Shown in pieces: positions 31,499 to 42,047 of a stretch of DNA of 64,000 bases. The first letter of the stretch is position 1; the number at the start of each line of letters is the position of its first letter. Position numbers and translations under genes: made by a program. The stretch comes from an uncultured Planctomycetaceae bacterium (lineage in GTDB: Bacteria; Planctomycetota; Planctomycetia; Isosphaerales; Isosphaeraceae): positions 3,360,001 through 3,424,000 of the forward strand of contig CAWIAD010000002.1 of assembly GCA_963833985.1 (NCBI GenBank). Reading direction: 5' to 3'. A model generated the notes under the pieces. That model had not been told where the DNA came from. It ran no database searches and worked only from the letters and a program-made list of their open reading frames with translations.

Positions 31499-33454
31499 TC
31501 ACTCGGGGGAGACGTCCTCGTCGTGCGGGACCCTGGGGTTGTCATGTTCCACGTTGCCGGTGGGCCAGCCCGGTCCCGACGGGTGCTTTTCCCAGCTCAG
31601 GATAGGACGGACAATGTTCTGGGCGGCGATCGGCATGCCGTTGTAGTGAGTGATGGGAACCAGTCGATCCGCCAGGGCGCCGCGAAGCTGCGAGCGCAAG
31701 AGTGTGGTCACCTGGGCATCGCGGTTCTGTTCGATCACGTACACGCGCTGATGCCGTTCGATGAACCGGACGACGTCATCCGACACCGGCAGAGCGCGGA
31801 TCCGGCAGTACTCCGTGTTGATGCCTTCCTGGCTCAGAAGGTCGCGCGCCTCGGCCATGGCGAAGTCGGTGCCGCCATAGGCGATGAGGCCGACAGGGGC
31901 CCCGAACTGACCCTCGATGATCGGAGCCGGAACGGTCTTCCGCGCCGTCTCCAGCTTGAGTGCCAGCCGGTCCAGGTTCTTCTTCCAGTCCTGCGGCCGT
32001 TCGCTGTAGCCGGATTTCTCGTTGTGGCCGGTACCGCGCGTGAAGTAAGCGGCCAGCGGGTTCTCGGTGCCGGGGATGGTGCGATAGCAGATGCCGTCGC
32101 CGTCGACGTCCCTGTAGCGCTCGAACTGGCCAAGCCGTTCCAGGTCAGCCGCGTTCAGCACCTTGCCGCGCTGGATCGGCTTCTCGGGATAGACAAAAGG
32201 CTTGCTCAGCCAGAGGTTCATGCCCAGGTCCAGGTCCGTGGCCATGAAGACCGGCGTCTGGAACTGCTGCGCCAGGTCGAGCGCCTCGATGGTCATCGAG
32301 TAGCACTCCTCCACCGAGCCGGGTATGAGCACGATATGCCGGCAGTCGCCGTGTCCCAGAAGGTGCAGCTTGAGGATGTCGCCCTGGCTGGTCCGCGTGG
32401 GCAGACCCGTGCTTGGCCCCATGCGCTGGACGTCGATGATCACGACGGGGATCTCGGCGAAGTACGCCAGGCCGACGAACTCGCTCATGAGCGAGATGCC
32501 GGGGCCCGAGGTTGCCGTCAGCGCCCGCGCTCCGCCCCAGCCGGCGCCGATGGCCATGCCGACGGCGGCCAGCTCGTCCTCAGCCTGCACGATCGCGTAG
32601 GTGTGCTTGCCGTCGGCCAGCGTGCGGTGCTTCTTCAGGAACTCCTCGGCGTACTCGGCCAGGCTGCTGGAAGGCGTGATCGGGTACCAGGTGAGCACGC
32701 TCGCACCGCCGAAGAGCACCCCCAGGGCGGCAGCCTTGTTCCCCTCGATGAGGATCCGGTCCTGCGCTGACTCCATCGGCTCCACGCGGAACGGCAGATC
32801 GGCAGGGAGGTTCTCCCGGGCCCACTCATAACCGCGTGTCGCCGCGCTGATGTTGATCTCCGCGGCTTTGGCCTTGCGGCCGGGAAACTCGCGGCGAATG
32901 CCTTTCTCCACGGCCTCCATCCGGATGTCGCAGACCGAGGCCAGGACACCCACGTAGACCATGTTGATGACCTTGCGCAGCTTGTCGCGATAGCCCTTGT
33001 CGGTCTTGTCGGGAGGGTACGCCTGCTCGACGAGCTTCTGGAACGGCACCGGCAAGAACAGGACGTCGTCGCGCAGCCCGCGCAACTGGACGTCGAAATC
33101 GTCCCGGTAAATGCAGACTGTCCCGGGGACAAGCTGCATCAGGTCGTCCTTGGCGGTCGCCTCGTTCATGCAGACCAGGATCTGCGGATCAACGCGATGA
33201 GAGACGTATCCCCTGGCGCTGGCACGGATGTGAAACCACGTCGGCAGGCCTTCGATGTTCGACGGAAAGATGTTCTTTCCACTGCAAGGCAGACCCATGG
33301 AGTACAGGGCGCGGAGCAGGACCAGGTTGGCGGACTGGCTTCCCGAGCCGTTGACCGTTCCAACCCGGATCGCCAGGTCGTTGATTTGCGGGACGGCTGG
33401 AAATCGCGCGGCCAGGTCAGGAGAGATCTCGACCGGGGAGAGGGTGGCGGACAT
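31499..33454 (-). CDS. korA: 2-oxoacid:ferredoxin oxidoreductase alpha subunit
   Basis: YPITPSS, QAEDELAA, TATSGPG and GPSTGLPT. Confidence 0.93.
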   Translation of the reverse strand: MSATLSPVEISPDLAARFPAVPQINDLAIRVGTVNGSGSQSANLVLLRALYSMGLPCSGKNIFPSNIEGLPTWFHIRASARGYVSHRVDPQILVCMNEATAKDDLMQLVPGTVCIYRDDFDVQLRGLRDDVLFLPVPFQKLVEQAYPPDKTDKGYRDKLRKVINMVYVGVLASVCDIRMEAVEKGIRREFPGRKAKAAEINISAATRGYEWARENLPADLPFRVEPMESAQDRILIEGNKAAALGVLFGGASVLTWYPITPSSSLAEYAEEFLKKHRTLADGKHTYAIVQAEDELAAVGMAIGAGWGGARALTATSGPGISLMSEFVGLAYFAEIPVVIIDVQRMGPSTGLPTRTSQGDILKLHLLGHGDCRHIVLIPGSVEECYSMTIEALDLAQQFQTPVFMATDLDLGMNLWLSKPFVYPEKPIQRGKVLNAADLERLGQFERYRDVDGDGICYRTIPGTENPLAAYFTRGTGHNEKSGYSERPQDWKKNLDRLALKLETARKTVPAPIIEGQFGAPVGLIAYGGTDFAMAEARDLLSQEGINTEYCRIRALPVSDDVVRFIERHQRVYVIEQNRDAQVTTLLRSQLRGALADRLVPITHYNGMPIAAQNIVRPILSWEKHPSGPGWPTGNVEHDNPRVPHDEDVSPE

Positions 33455-33807
33455 AAGCACCTCAAAAGGTGGGTGCCACGGCCATGACCCCGCCCCTCGT
33501 TACTTTCAACGAATCAACAGATAAAGGCGGGTCATACAGTGAGAGGTCGCCGAACCGTGGCGTACTTTCCCAGCATCAAGTCCAACATATCGGCCATGCA
33601 ATGGCAAGAGCGTCGTGCCCTCGGTCAGCGGCCCTCGCGCGCGCCGGGTGCTCCACATTAAAGTCCTTCAATGACATGGGCTTACGAATGGCGGTCCAGG
33701 ATCTTATCAGCGCGGAGCGACGCCGGTGCAGCGGTCCCTCGGCATCACCGAACACGCGGTCGATCGGCTGTGATTGGGATCGTCCCCGAAGGTCGTGCGG
33801 AACCGCT

Positions 33808-33881
33808 CGTAGGGTGGGTCAGCGCAGCGCAACCCACCGGCTGGCAGAGCTTTGCGTGCGGTTGGATGCACCCGCCAGACG
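33808..33881. repeat. GTAG-type REP doublet (REPIN-like), second arm degenerate
   Basis: cGTAGGGTGGGTcagcgcagcgcaACCCACC followed by ggttggatgcacccgccagacg, a decayed reverse copy. Confidence 0.6.
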
Positions 33882-33929
33882 ACCTCTTGAGACACTCTCC
33901 TTCCTTCGCATGGTGTTCGTGCCATGGGG

Positions 33930-34027
33930 CCGCGAGGGTGCAACGCGCGAGACAGGTTCGTGATCCAGTCGTGGTGGAAAGCATGGAACAACTTCGCATC
34001 AACACGGGTCCAGTCGTGAACGGGCAT
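33930..34027 (-). pseudogene. N-terminal remnant of a DUF4058-like protein
   Basis: MPVHDWTRVDAKLFHAFHHDWITNLSRAL, after which the resemblance is lost. Confidence 0.6.
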
Positions 34028-34244
34028 GATGCTGCCCTCCGCGGACGAACAGGCGATTGATACCAACGATTGTACGCCCGCGAGCGTCCCGGAATCGACA
34101 GCTCGGCGGCAAGACAGACATCGGCAACGTTGTCCGATGGCCTCCTGGCAGCCCCACGCGATTGCGCCCCTGTCCTTGAGGAAATGCCCAAGGTTACAAT
34201 GACGATGAGGGGGGACAGGCCGCCCGAGGCGAAGCGGATTGCAG

Positions 34245-34454
34245 GCAGCCGTCCTGGATGACCAGCCGGCGCGGCAATGCGCCCAGGTTCTGAACCTTCA
34301 AACCCAGGGCACGCTCGGCCTGATTCTCGTGGCCAGGCAGCAAGGTTTGATCGAGGCCGTACGCCGGGTACTCGAACAACTGAGGCAGGCGGGGATGTAC
34401 CTGTCCGATCGGCTCGAGAAGCAGATCCTCCGCGCCGCGGGAGAGTCTTCATGA
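34245..34454 (+). pseudogene. C-terminal remnant of a DUF3368 PIN-type protein
   Basis: VLDDQPARQCA...GTLGLILVARQQGLI...GMYLS; the N-terminal part is missing. Confidence 0.7.
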
Positions 34455-34462
34455 TGCCCTAC

Positions 34463-36590
34463 CCTAACTTCCGCACCCTGGGCCGGGGAACCACTTGAAA
34501 ATCAGGGTCCCGTCGATTTTTCAGTCACTATTGGGCCGGCTTTGCTCCCAGGTTTTTACTGGACGTATGATCTGTATCGGAACTCCGAGCGCCTCGTACA
34601 GAACCTTGTGGTCGGGCTCGGGCGTGGCGCTCCGACGTATCCGCAGCATTCCATTCTGGTCGGTGGGCAGAACGATTGTCGTAATCTCGTGTTTGGCAAG
34701 CAGGTCCCGAACCGTTGCCCACGACGTGTGTATGTCTTGACGCAGCAATGTCGTCTCGATGGCAACCAATAAGTGGTATGCCAGAACGCACAGAAAAATA
34801 TGCGATTCCACCCTGTGCTCCAGGTGATGGAAGATGGGACGCTCGCACAACGGGCTTTTCATGCACCGGAAGGCATTCTCGGCTCGAGTGAGAGAGCCGT
34901 AGATCCGCCACCCCTCGTCGCCAGTAAGCTCCAGACGGTCGCTACGCAGCAAATAGCTGCCATCAAGGCTCGCTGCAACCTTCTGCTTCTCTTCATCGGG
35001 TTGGTTCTTGAGTTGTCGGGTTTTGACGTCGAAGGTCAGTGAGTAATAGCGAGCCACCCGAGGGTAGCGTTCCTTGAGCCGGCCAACCGCCTCGCCGATC
35101 TTGATCTCCTTCTTGAGCCGTCCCTTCTCGATTCGTCCTTGAAGTCGCGCCACATCCTTCAGGTAACGCCCCTCTTGCTTGGTGCGGATAGCGCGGTCCT
35201 TCTCCACCCGCTCTTGGCTTATGCACAATATCAGAAGCTCATTATTCGATGGGTGAGCCTTGACCCGCACGGACGATTTCTTCTGACCAGGATTGCGGGG
35301 TGAAGGTTGGCGGATGACTTCTGTGAATCCCTCAGCCGTCTCGAATTCGGCGAGGAGGCGATCGCGTTCCTTCTGTCCAGCGGCTACGACGTAATGCAAG
35401 TTGCGTCGACGGAGCTCCGCGATGTTCTCCGCGAAGGCCATCCCGCGGTCGACGACAATCGTGGAGCCTTCAGGAAGCCCCACGCGCTGCTTGAGCAAGT
35501 CGAGCATCGTGCTGAGCGTTTGCCTATCCTGAGCGTTGCCCTCGAAGATTTCGTGAGCGCGGGGGAACCCCTCACGACCGATGACGAGCCCCACCACAAG
35601 TTGCTTACAGTCGGGCCGGTGATCGCGGGAGTAGCCGCGTTTGGCTTTGGGGATGAGATCCGCTTTCCCCTCGAAATAGGTGCTCGTCAGGTCATAGAGC
35701 AGGACCGTATTTCCCAGGTTGAAGAGGCTTTGCTCGCGCTGGGCCAGGGCCGATTCAATGGTGGCGCGGTGGTGGTGCAGGCGATCCAGGTTGCGGTACA
35801 GGGGATCGTCGGGGAGGCGCGAGAAGTCGACGCCCAGGATGTCGGCCAAAGCCGTGGATCGAATCCAGTCGGGCATGGAGTATTCGGCCGCGGGATGAAT
35901 GAGCCGATTGAGCGTCATCGCGCAGGTCAATGATATCAGCCACGGGGTGAAGCCCAGTGATTTCAAGATGTCGTCCAGGCCCAATCGCTTCCAGAATTCG
36001 CGACCGACATGGACGTGACCGGCGGGCCGGGGCGATTCGGAGGTGACGCGATCGACGTGCACCGAAATCAGATCGTCCGCCGAGGAGGTCGAGGACGCAG
36101 TCACGCCGCCTTCGCCGGGGGGAGTGGCTTGCAGGGGAAGCGCTGCTTGAGTCGCTCGAGTTCCGGATCCTCATCGACCATCCCCGGGAGGGACAATTGA
36201 CCGGTGAGTGCGTCCTGGAGCTTGCGGGCCAAGGCAAGCCACTCTTGGGGCGGCGCGGGCGAGAGATCACCGAGTGAACAGATTACCTTTTGCCGCGGTC
36301 CCTTGTCGGTGAGGACGGACTCGACCAACAAGAAATTCACGTATGTTTTATCTTTGTATCGTCGGACCGTCTTGCGGATGTACATGGTCACTATAGATGA
36401 CATGGCGCCCTTAGAAAATCAAGGCGGGAGCCACTAGAATTAGTCACTATTTTGGGATGAAGTGGGAAATGAGCCTGGTTTCGGTTGTCAACCTTATCCA
36501 GACTGCCTAGTCTGAGCATGGAGACGTCAGGATGGGAGGATTATGTGAATTAGCGAGCCTGTCTTCTAATTCCTTCCTGCGAAAGTCGGG
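34463..36590 (-). mobile_element. IS1634-family insertion sequence
   Basis: Terminal IRs CCTAACTTCCGCA / CCCGACTTTCGCA (10 of 13 match), flanking CTAC(C) duplication, lower GC than the flanks. Confidence 0.85.
34521..36385 (-). CDS. IS1634-family DDE transposase; frameshift at a C6 run near 36120
   Basis: N-terminus MYIRK...LLVES...GPRQK; YDLTSTYFEG, GYSRDHRPD, VVDRGM, AENAFR and RPIFH. Confidence 0.9.
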
Positions 36591-37665
36591 CTACCTGAAG
36601 CAGCGGGCCGGGGTCATCATTCAGAGCGGAGTCGAGGAGAACGGGACTGCATCACGCATTGTGTCATCAGAGCGTAGGAACGGCCCCTCGCCCGGCCGCA
36701 CCCCGGCTGGAAGAGGGGCACACGAACATCATTCGTCAGGACCGCGAAGGTTCGCCTCCGAACCACCCGCGCCGGCCTTGCGGCTTCGTCAGACTGAAGG
36801 CTTGCAGGATCACACCGTCGAGAGGACCAAGCTGTACGACCGGGCCGCCGCTACCAAGCTTCGTCACGGGTAGCATGCCGGAGAGATCGAGACCTGCCGG
36901 GACCGTTCGCCCGGAGATACCCGGAGCGTATCCCTTCATGGCGGGCTTGCTCACCGGCGTCCATCCGCTCAACACGCTATCAATCGCCATGAGGCCCTGG
37001 CTCGTTGTGTCCGGAGCCGGCGACTCCGACAAGACAGGCGATGCTACGTTGCCGGCGCCGTAGTCTTCGGCGCATGGTGGTTCTCCTGGGCTGAAGGAAC
37101 AATCGTGGGATGAGACAAGGCGATCATCGACCCGAGCGCGCAGTCCGAGCGCCCGGACCTGTCGAGGTCAGTTCCTTAAGAACGCAAACCGCGTCAGAAC
37201 TAGCCGGTGACGTTGTAACGTCGAGTCATCGTGTCCGATCCCGGCGAGCGAGCTTGTCCAGCCTCAATCCGTTCCAGAGGTCGGGGTTGGGCCGATGAAT
37301 ACCGAAAGATACTCACGTTTGGGTGCTGCATTTGAGCTTTGAATCCGTCGCGCTCGCGGGCGACGTACGTCGCAGGAGTCCGCGGAGAGAAAGGTCCACA
37401 CAGTGCTTGCCCCGCGCGGTGTGGACCAAACCGAACTTGAACAGAAGGACGCGAAGGAAACGAAGAACGAGAGCGCAGCGCAGAGCGGCGCGTGGAGCAA
37501 CCGCTCGCGAGCCCAGGTTGGGTCCTTTGCTGCGGCGCGCGCAAACCAACAAGCGGTGACCGTTTCGAGCGTCTTGTGCATCGTGTGCATCTCCCTGCCT
37601 GGTTCGGCCTGGGGTAGAATCAGATTAATCACCGAGTGTTGGGATCACTGCCAGGAGCCAGAGTG

Positions 37666-37878
37666 ATGACCTTGACCGTCGAAGCCATCTACGAGAACGG
37701 CGTGCTGAAGCCGGTCCAGCCGCTGCCGCTGAAGGAGCAGGAAGTGGTCCGCATCACCATTGAGTCGCAGCTCAGTTGGGTCGAGCGGACGGCTGGAATG
37801 ATGAAATGGACCGGCGACCCCGAGGTTCTGCGGAGGATCGCCGAGGACGATGAGTACGGCATTCTGGAGTCGCGATGA
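37666..37878 (+). CDS. Antitoxin, AF2212/DUF104-like
   Basis: EAIYENGVLKP motif; ATGA overlap with the PIN gene. Confidence 0.85.
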   Translation: MTLTVEAIYENGVLKPVQPLPLKEQEVVRITIESQLSWVERTAGMMKWTGDPEVLRRIAEDDEYGILESR

Positions 37879-38375
37879 CCTTCGACCAGATCCCGGCTGC
37901 TGCGGCCGTGTTCCTTGATGCAAATACGCTCGTTTACCACTTCACCAACCATCCCACGTTCGGTCGGCCCTGCACCCAGCTCCTGAAGCGGATCGAGCAC
38001 CAGCAGCACGTTGGCTCCGTCTCGACGCACGTCCTGAGTGAGATGGCCCATCGCCTGATGACACTGGAAGCGCTCGATCGGTTTGGCTGGCAGCCGGCCG
38101 GGATCGCGACTCGACTGCGCAAACATCACATCGAGATCCCCAGGTTGACCCTTCACGTTCAGGCCGTCGCTCAGATCCCGCTCCTGGGTATTCAGACCGT
38201 TGCCATCACCCCGCCCCTGGTCGAAGCTGCGACTCTCGTGAGCCGTCAGCATGAGCTCCTCATGGGTGATGCGCTCGTCGTCGCGGTGATGCAATCCCAA
38301 GGTCTCAGTCACCTCGCCAGTAACGATGCCGACTTCGACCGGGTACCCGGGTTGACGCGGTATGAGCCGATTTAA
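37875..38375 (+). CDS. PIN-domain toxin (VapC-like)
   Basis: VFLDAN, VLSE, GDAL and ASNDADFDRV. Confidence 0.88.
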   Translation: MTFDQIPAAAAVFLDANTLVYHFTNHPTFGRPCTQLLKRIEHQQHVGSVSTHVLSEMAHRLMTLEALDRFGWQPAGIATRLRKHHIEIPRLTLHVQAVAQIPLLGIQTVAITPPLVEAATLVSRQHELLMGDALVVAVMQSQGLSHLASNDADFDRVPGLTRYEPI

Positions 38376-38679
38376 GAATATTTTCATCGGTAGCCTCCGG
38401 CGAAGTGTGTTCCCACGGCGCTGGTGCCGCAACCGCCGCCGGCGCGCAAACCGAGCGCCCGGACCGATCAGGGTCCTTTACTTGAGAAGGCAGCCCACGC
38501 CACTCTCAGCCGGCAGTCAGACAGCCTTGGATCATGGTGCCGGTTCAGGTTCTTAGAGGGGAAAGGCTCCTTGGCGAGGCGCGGGTTCGCGGCTTCGGTC
38601 GTGGGTCGGTATGTCTTGCTTCAGCCGCAAATGGAGAGACATCACACCCGAGTTATACGACAACTCGGCAGGAGTCTCA

Positions 38680-38780
38680 CCATGCGAAAGCCCCGCAATG
38701 AGCTGCTCACGGGCCGGCCTGTCGCCACCGCTGGCCCGCTCCATGATCTGCTCCCAGTCCGGACCGGTTGAAGACACCAT
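38680..38780 (-). pseudogene. Possible N-terminal remnant of an ECF sigma factor
   Basis: EQIMERASGGDRPAREQL resembles the first helix of ECF sigma factors; nothing recognisable follows. Confidence 0.3.
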
Positions 38781-39154
38781 GCTTGCTCCCGACTAGAGCT
38801 GTTGTGCGCAGAACCGTCGGAAAAGTTACAGCAAAATAAGAAACGTGCGAAATGAACGGAATCAGATGGGATTCTCGATGAGGTGAAACCTATGGTTTGA
38901 GTCAGATTCTGGGTGATGGGAGCGGTTGATTCAAGCTCTCGGAGCCGGGAAGAAGAGAATCCGGGTGATCAGCGGAATAGGCCGACTCTTCGAGAGCCAA
39001 TTTGCGGCAAACAGAATGACGAGGCGACCTTGTGTTGCACAGCACCACGGGTTCGAAAAGAGGAGCGGGCCGGAACAGGAGATGTTTCGACCCGCTTGCG
39101 AGTGTCGAGAGGTTTTTCAAAGCCATGGCGGAGAGGTCATCCCCGCCCGGGTGG

Positions 39155-39856
39155 TCACGGGTTGGGCGCCGGCGCGGGAGGTGCGACTGCGCCGGATGAG
39201 GACGCGGATCCGGGCAAGGTCGGGTTCGTCATCCCCTCGGCGCGGTTCATCACGTTGCCGACGCCAGTGTTCAGGTTGCCGGACTGAGTGCCGGGAATTC
39301 CCGGAGCATTGTTCACGGCACCCGGTTGACCGTTTCCCTGGTTCATCACGGCACCCGGTTGACCGTTTCCCTGGTTCATGATGTTGCCTGGCACCGTCCG
39401 GCCGTAAGTTGAGGAGTAGGTCGATGTCCCGGGCGTGCCCATGATACCCGTGTTGCCGGTTGTGCCCGCGTTCATCATTCCGGGCGTGCCGTAATAGACG
39501 GGAGTCCCGCCTTGCGAGTAAGGCTGGTACGTGGTTGCCGGCGAGGCGTACCCATAATTTCCCTGGCTGTATCCGGCCATCTGTCCGTAGCCCGCGCCGC
39601 CGTAGGACATCGGAGCGTAGGCCATCCGGTTCCCGCCGCGGAAGAATCCCCTCTGGACAAGCCCGCCACCGTAACCGGCTCCGCCATAGGAGCCGCCGCC
39701 GCCATAACATCCGCCGCCGTAGCACCCGCCCCCGCCATAGCACCCGCCGCTGTAGCAGGCGCTGTAGCAAGCATGGCGGTGCCCGCCGCCGTGTCGGCAA
39801 CCGTGACAACCCATCGTACTCAAGGAGATTGTCAGTGCCAGGACCACAGTCTGCAT
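39155..39856 (-). CDS. Secreted Gly/Tyr/Cys-rich low-complexity protein
   Basis: RBS GGAGG, short hydrophobic leader, GGCYGG repeats, Tyr-rich middle and Asn/Gly/Pro tail. Confidence 0.8.
   Translation of the reverse strand: MQTVVLALTISLSTMGCHGCRHGGGHRHACYSACYSGGCYGGGGCYGGGCYGGGGSYGGAGYGGGLVQRGFFRGGNRMAYAPMSYGGAGYGQMAGYSQGNYGYASPATTYQPYSQGGTPVYYGTPGMMNAGTTGNTGIMGTPGTSTYSSTYGRTVPGNIMNQGNGQPGAVMNQGNGQPGAVNNAPGIPGTQSGNLNTGVGNVMNRAEGMTNPTLPGSASSSGAVAPPAPAPNP
39314..39379. repeat. Perfect 33-bp tandem repeat (MNQGNGQPGAV x2)
   Basis: Two identical adjacent units read directly from the sequence. Confidence 0.9.
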
Positions 39857-40005
39857 TGGTGTGTGCCTCCGTGATGGTGCGAAAAACTGAGAAACGACCC
39901 GCCACGCAGGCGTGCAAAAAGAGTGCCGGCAAGACCGGTCAGGCGGACTCTGCCGGTTCCGCCGGTGAAACAGAGCGGTAGGGATCACCGGAGGCAGCCG
40001 AGCGC

Positions 40006-40686
40006 TCAACGGTGGGGCGGGTCGGTGGGGTCGAGATGACTCCGGGCTCCGTCGCGATATCCCTGCTCGTAGAACCGCTCGCGCAGCTCGCGTTCGTAGA
40101 CCTCCATCCGATCCTCATGATCTTCGGGGGTCTGGGCACCGGTCCAGCGAATGAGCTGTGCGAGACGGGCGAGCTGGTCCGCCAGGAACCGGCCGGTCGC
40201 CGTGCCCCAGGCGCGATACCCCATCGCTTCGTGCTCGACGATCTCCAGGAAGGTCGTGGGCTGGCCGTTGACGGGGACGACGTCGGCGGCTCGATGCGGA
40301 GGACGGGGCAGCGGACCCTCGTCCGTCGGGAGCGGCCCGGATGCCACTTCGCCGACCGCCTGGTCGATCAGTCCGCAGGCCACCAAAGCCTGGACGTGCT
40401 TGCAGCCGTGCGGGTCAATTCCCTCGCGCTTGAACGTGAAATCGGGACAATCGCAGACCGGGCCGTGAACGGTCTCGGCGACATCGTATTCGGTGCCGTC
40501 GAATTTCCTGAGCCGGAAGGCCTTGCTGGCGATCCCTGGGTCGGCGGCCATGCGGTGGATATGATATGCGGTGCCGTTGATAAAAAGGCTCAGCCGGGCC
40601 GACGGCTGGGCCGGAGCGGCAGGCCGTCCGGCTGCCGAACCGGCCTGCTCGTGGAGGCGCGGGTAGTGGGCGTGTAGGCTTGTCAT
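40006..40686 (-). CDS. SWIM zinc-finger protein
   Basis: CDCPDF...CKHVQAL. Confidence 0.75.
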   Translation of the reverse strand: MTSLHAHYPRLHEQAGSAAGRPAAPAQPSARLSLFINGTAYHIHRMAADPGIASKAFRLRKFDGTEYDVAETVHGPVCDCPDFTFKREGIDPHGCKHVQALVACGLIDQAVGEVASGPLPTDEGPLPRPPHRAADVVPVNGQPTTFLEIVEHEAMGYRAWGTATGRFLADQLARLAQLIRWTGAQTPEDHEDRMEVYERELRERFYEQGYRDGARSHLDPTDPPHR

Positions 40687-40854
40687 GAGTTCTCTCGGCA
40701 ACTCTGGAAGGCGCGGCGAGGTGCAACTTGCCAGCGGCCACGGAATTCTGCTCCTCTATGGAATTGTACGCGCCCAATGTAACGATGTACACCGTGTCTT
40801 GGTGGCCAGTCAGATTCCTGCGGATGCGTCGTCTCCCGGCGCGGGGGTGCATGA

Positions 40855-41811
40855 ATGGAGCTTGGGCTGTTCCATCGGGCGATCTATCTGACCGGTCCGA
40901 CGGCCTCGGGGAAGACGGCGGTCGGCGTGGAGCTCGCCCGGCGGCTGAACGCGGAGATCGTGGCCGTCGACTCGATGACCCTCTACCGCGGCATGGACAT
41001 CGGCACGGCCAAGCCAGGGATCGAGCAGCGCGGCGGGGTGGCCCACCACCTCATCGACATGCTCGATCCTTGGGAATCCGCCAGCGTGGCCGATTTTCGG
41101 CGGTGGGCGATGGAGGCGGCCGAGTCCATTGAACGGCGAGGCAAGCGGTTTCTTTTCGTCGGCGGCACGCCGCTGTACCTGAAGGCCCTGCTACGCGGGC
41201 TCTTTGAAGGCCCCGGGGCGGACCTCGCGGTCCGGGGCCGGCTGGAGGAGGAGGCGCGGCAGCACGGAGCGGAGGCGCTGCACCATCGGCTGGCAGCGCT
41301 GGACCCGAGCGCCGCGGCGCGGCTCCATCCCCACGACCAGCGCCGGGTGATCCGGGCCCTGGAGCTGATCGAGCTCACCGGCGCAACTCTGGGCCAGCTT
41401 CAGCAGCAGCATGATCGCACCGCACCGGTCGAGACCGTGGTCTTCGCGCTCGATTTGCCGCGCGCCGAGCTGCACGCGCGGATCAACGCGCGCGTTCGGG
41501 CGATGTTCGGCGCGGGGCTGGTCGAGGAGGTGCGTGCCTTGTGGTCGGCACCCCGTCCCCCGAGCGCCGTGGCGGCGCAGGCCGTGGGCTATCGCGAGGT
41601 GCACGAGATGCTGGAGGGCCAGTTCTCACAGGCTGCCACCATGGAGCGGATCGCCACGCGGACCCGGCAGTTTGCCAAGCGGCAGTGCACCTGGTTCCGC
41701 GGACTGGCCGAGGTGCGCTCGTGGCCCGTGCTGCCAGCCGACGACGTGGGCAGCCTTGCCGGCCGGCTGGCCGATGCCGTCGCGAGCGCCGAGGCCATGC
41801 GGCGGAGCTGA
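40855..41811 (+). CDS. miaA: tRNA dimethylallyltransferase
   Basis: GPTASGKT, DSMTLYRGMDIGTAKP, VGGTPLY and TRQFAKRQ. Confidence 0.96.
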   Translation: MELGLFHRAIYLTGPTASGKTAVGVELARRLNAEIVAVDSMTLYRGMDIGTAKPGIEQRGGVAHHLIDMLDPWESASVADFRRWAMEAAESIERRGKRFLFVGGTPLYLKALLRGLFEGPGADLAVRGRLEEEARQHGAEALHHRLAALDPSAAARLHPHDQRRVIRALELIELTGATLGQLQQQHDRTAPVETVVFALDLPRAELHARINARVRAMFGAGLVEEVRALWSAPRPPSAVAAQAVGYREVHEMLEGQFSQAATMERIATRTRQFAKRQCTWFRGLAEVRSWPVLPADDVGSLAGRLADAVASAEAMRRS

Positions 41812-42047
41812 GGAACAGGTGGCATGGGAACGGCGAATCCGCCAAGTTGCCCTTCCCGGGCCGGACGTGTTTTGCTATCAAGCGGATCGTCCGAGTGGCC
41901 GAGCTCCGGCCTGCGCCGCAGGTGCGCTCGCCTGGCCGGGCTGCGCTGGATTGACCCTCTCTGTTTGTCTGGAACGGGTCCTGACCGGTGTACTGTCTGA
42001 TCGGCGCGGCGTCGAGCGGGGCCGTTCCCAAGGAGGGGACCGTTTCC

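Noticed and set aside
36101..36130. Programmed frameshift in the transposase
   Set aside because: IS1634 transposases are normally single ORFs, and the shift sits in a homopolymer in an error-prone sequence.
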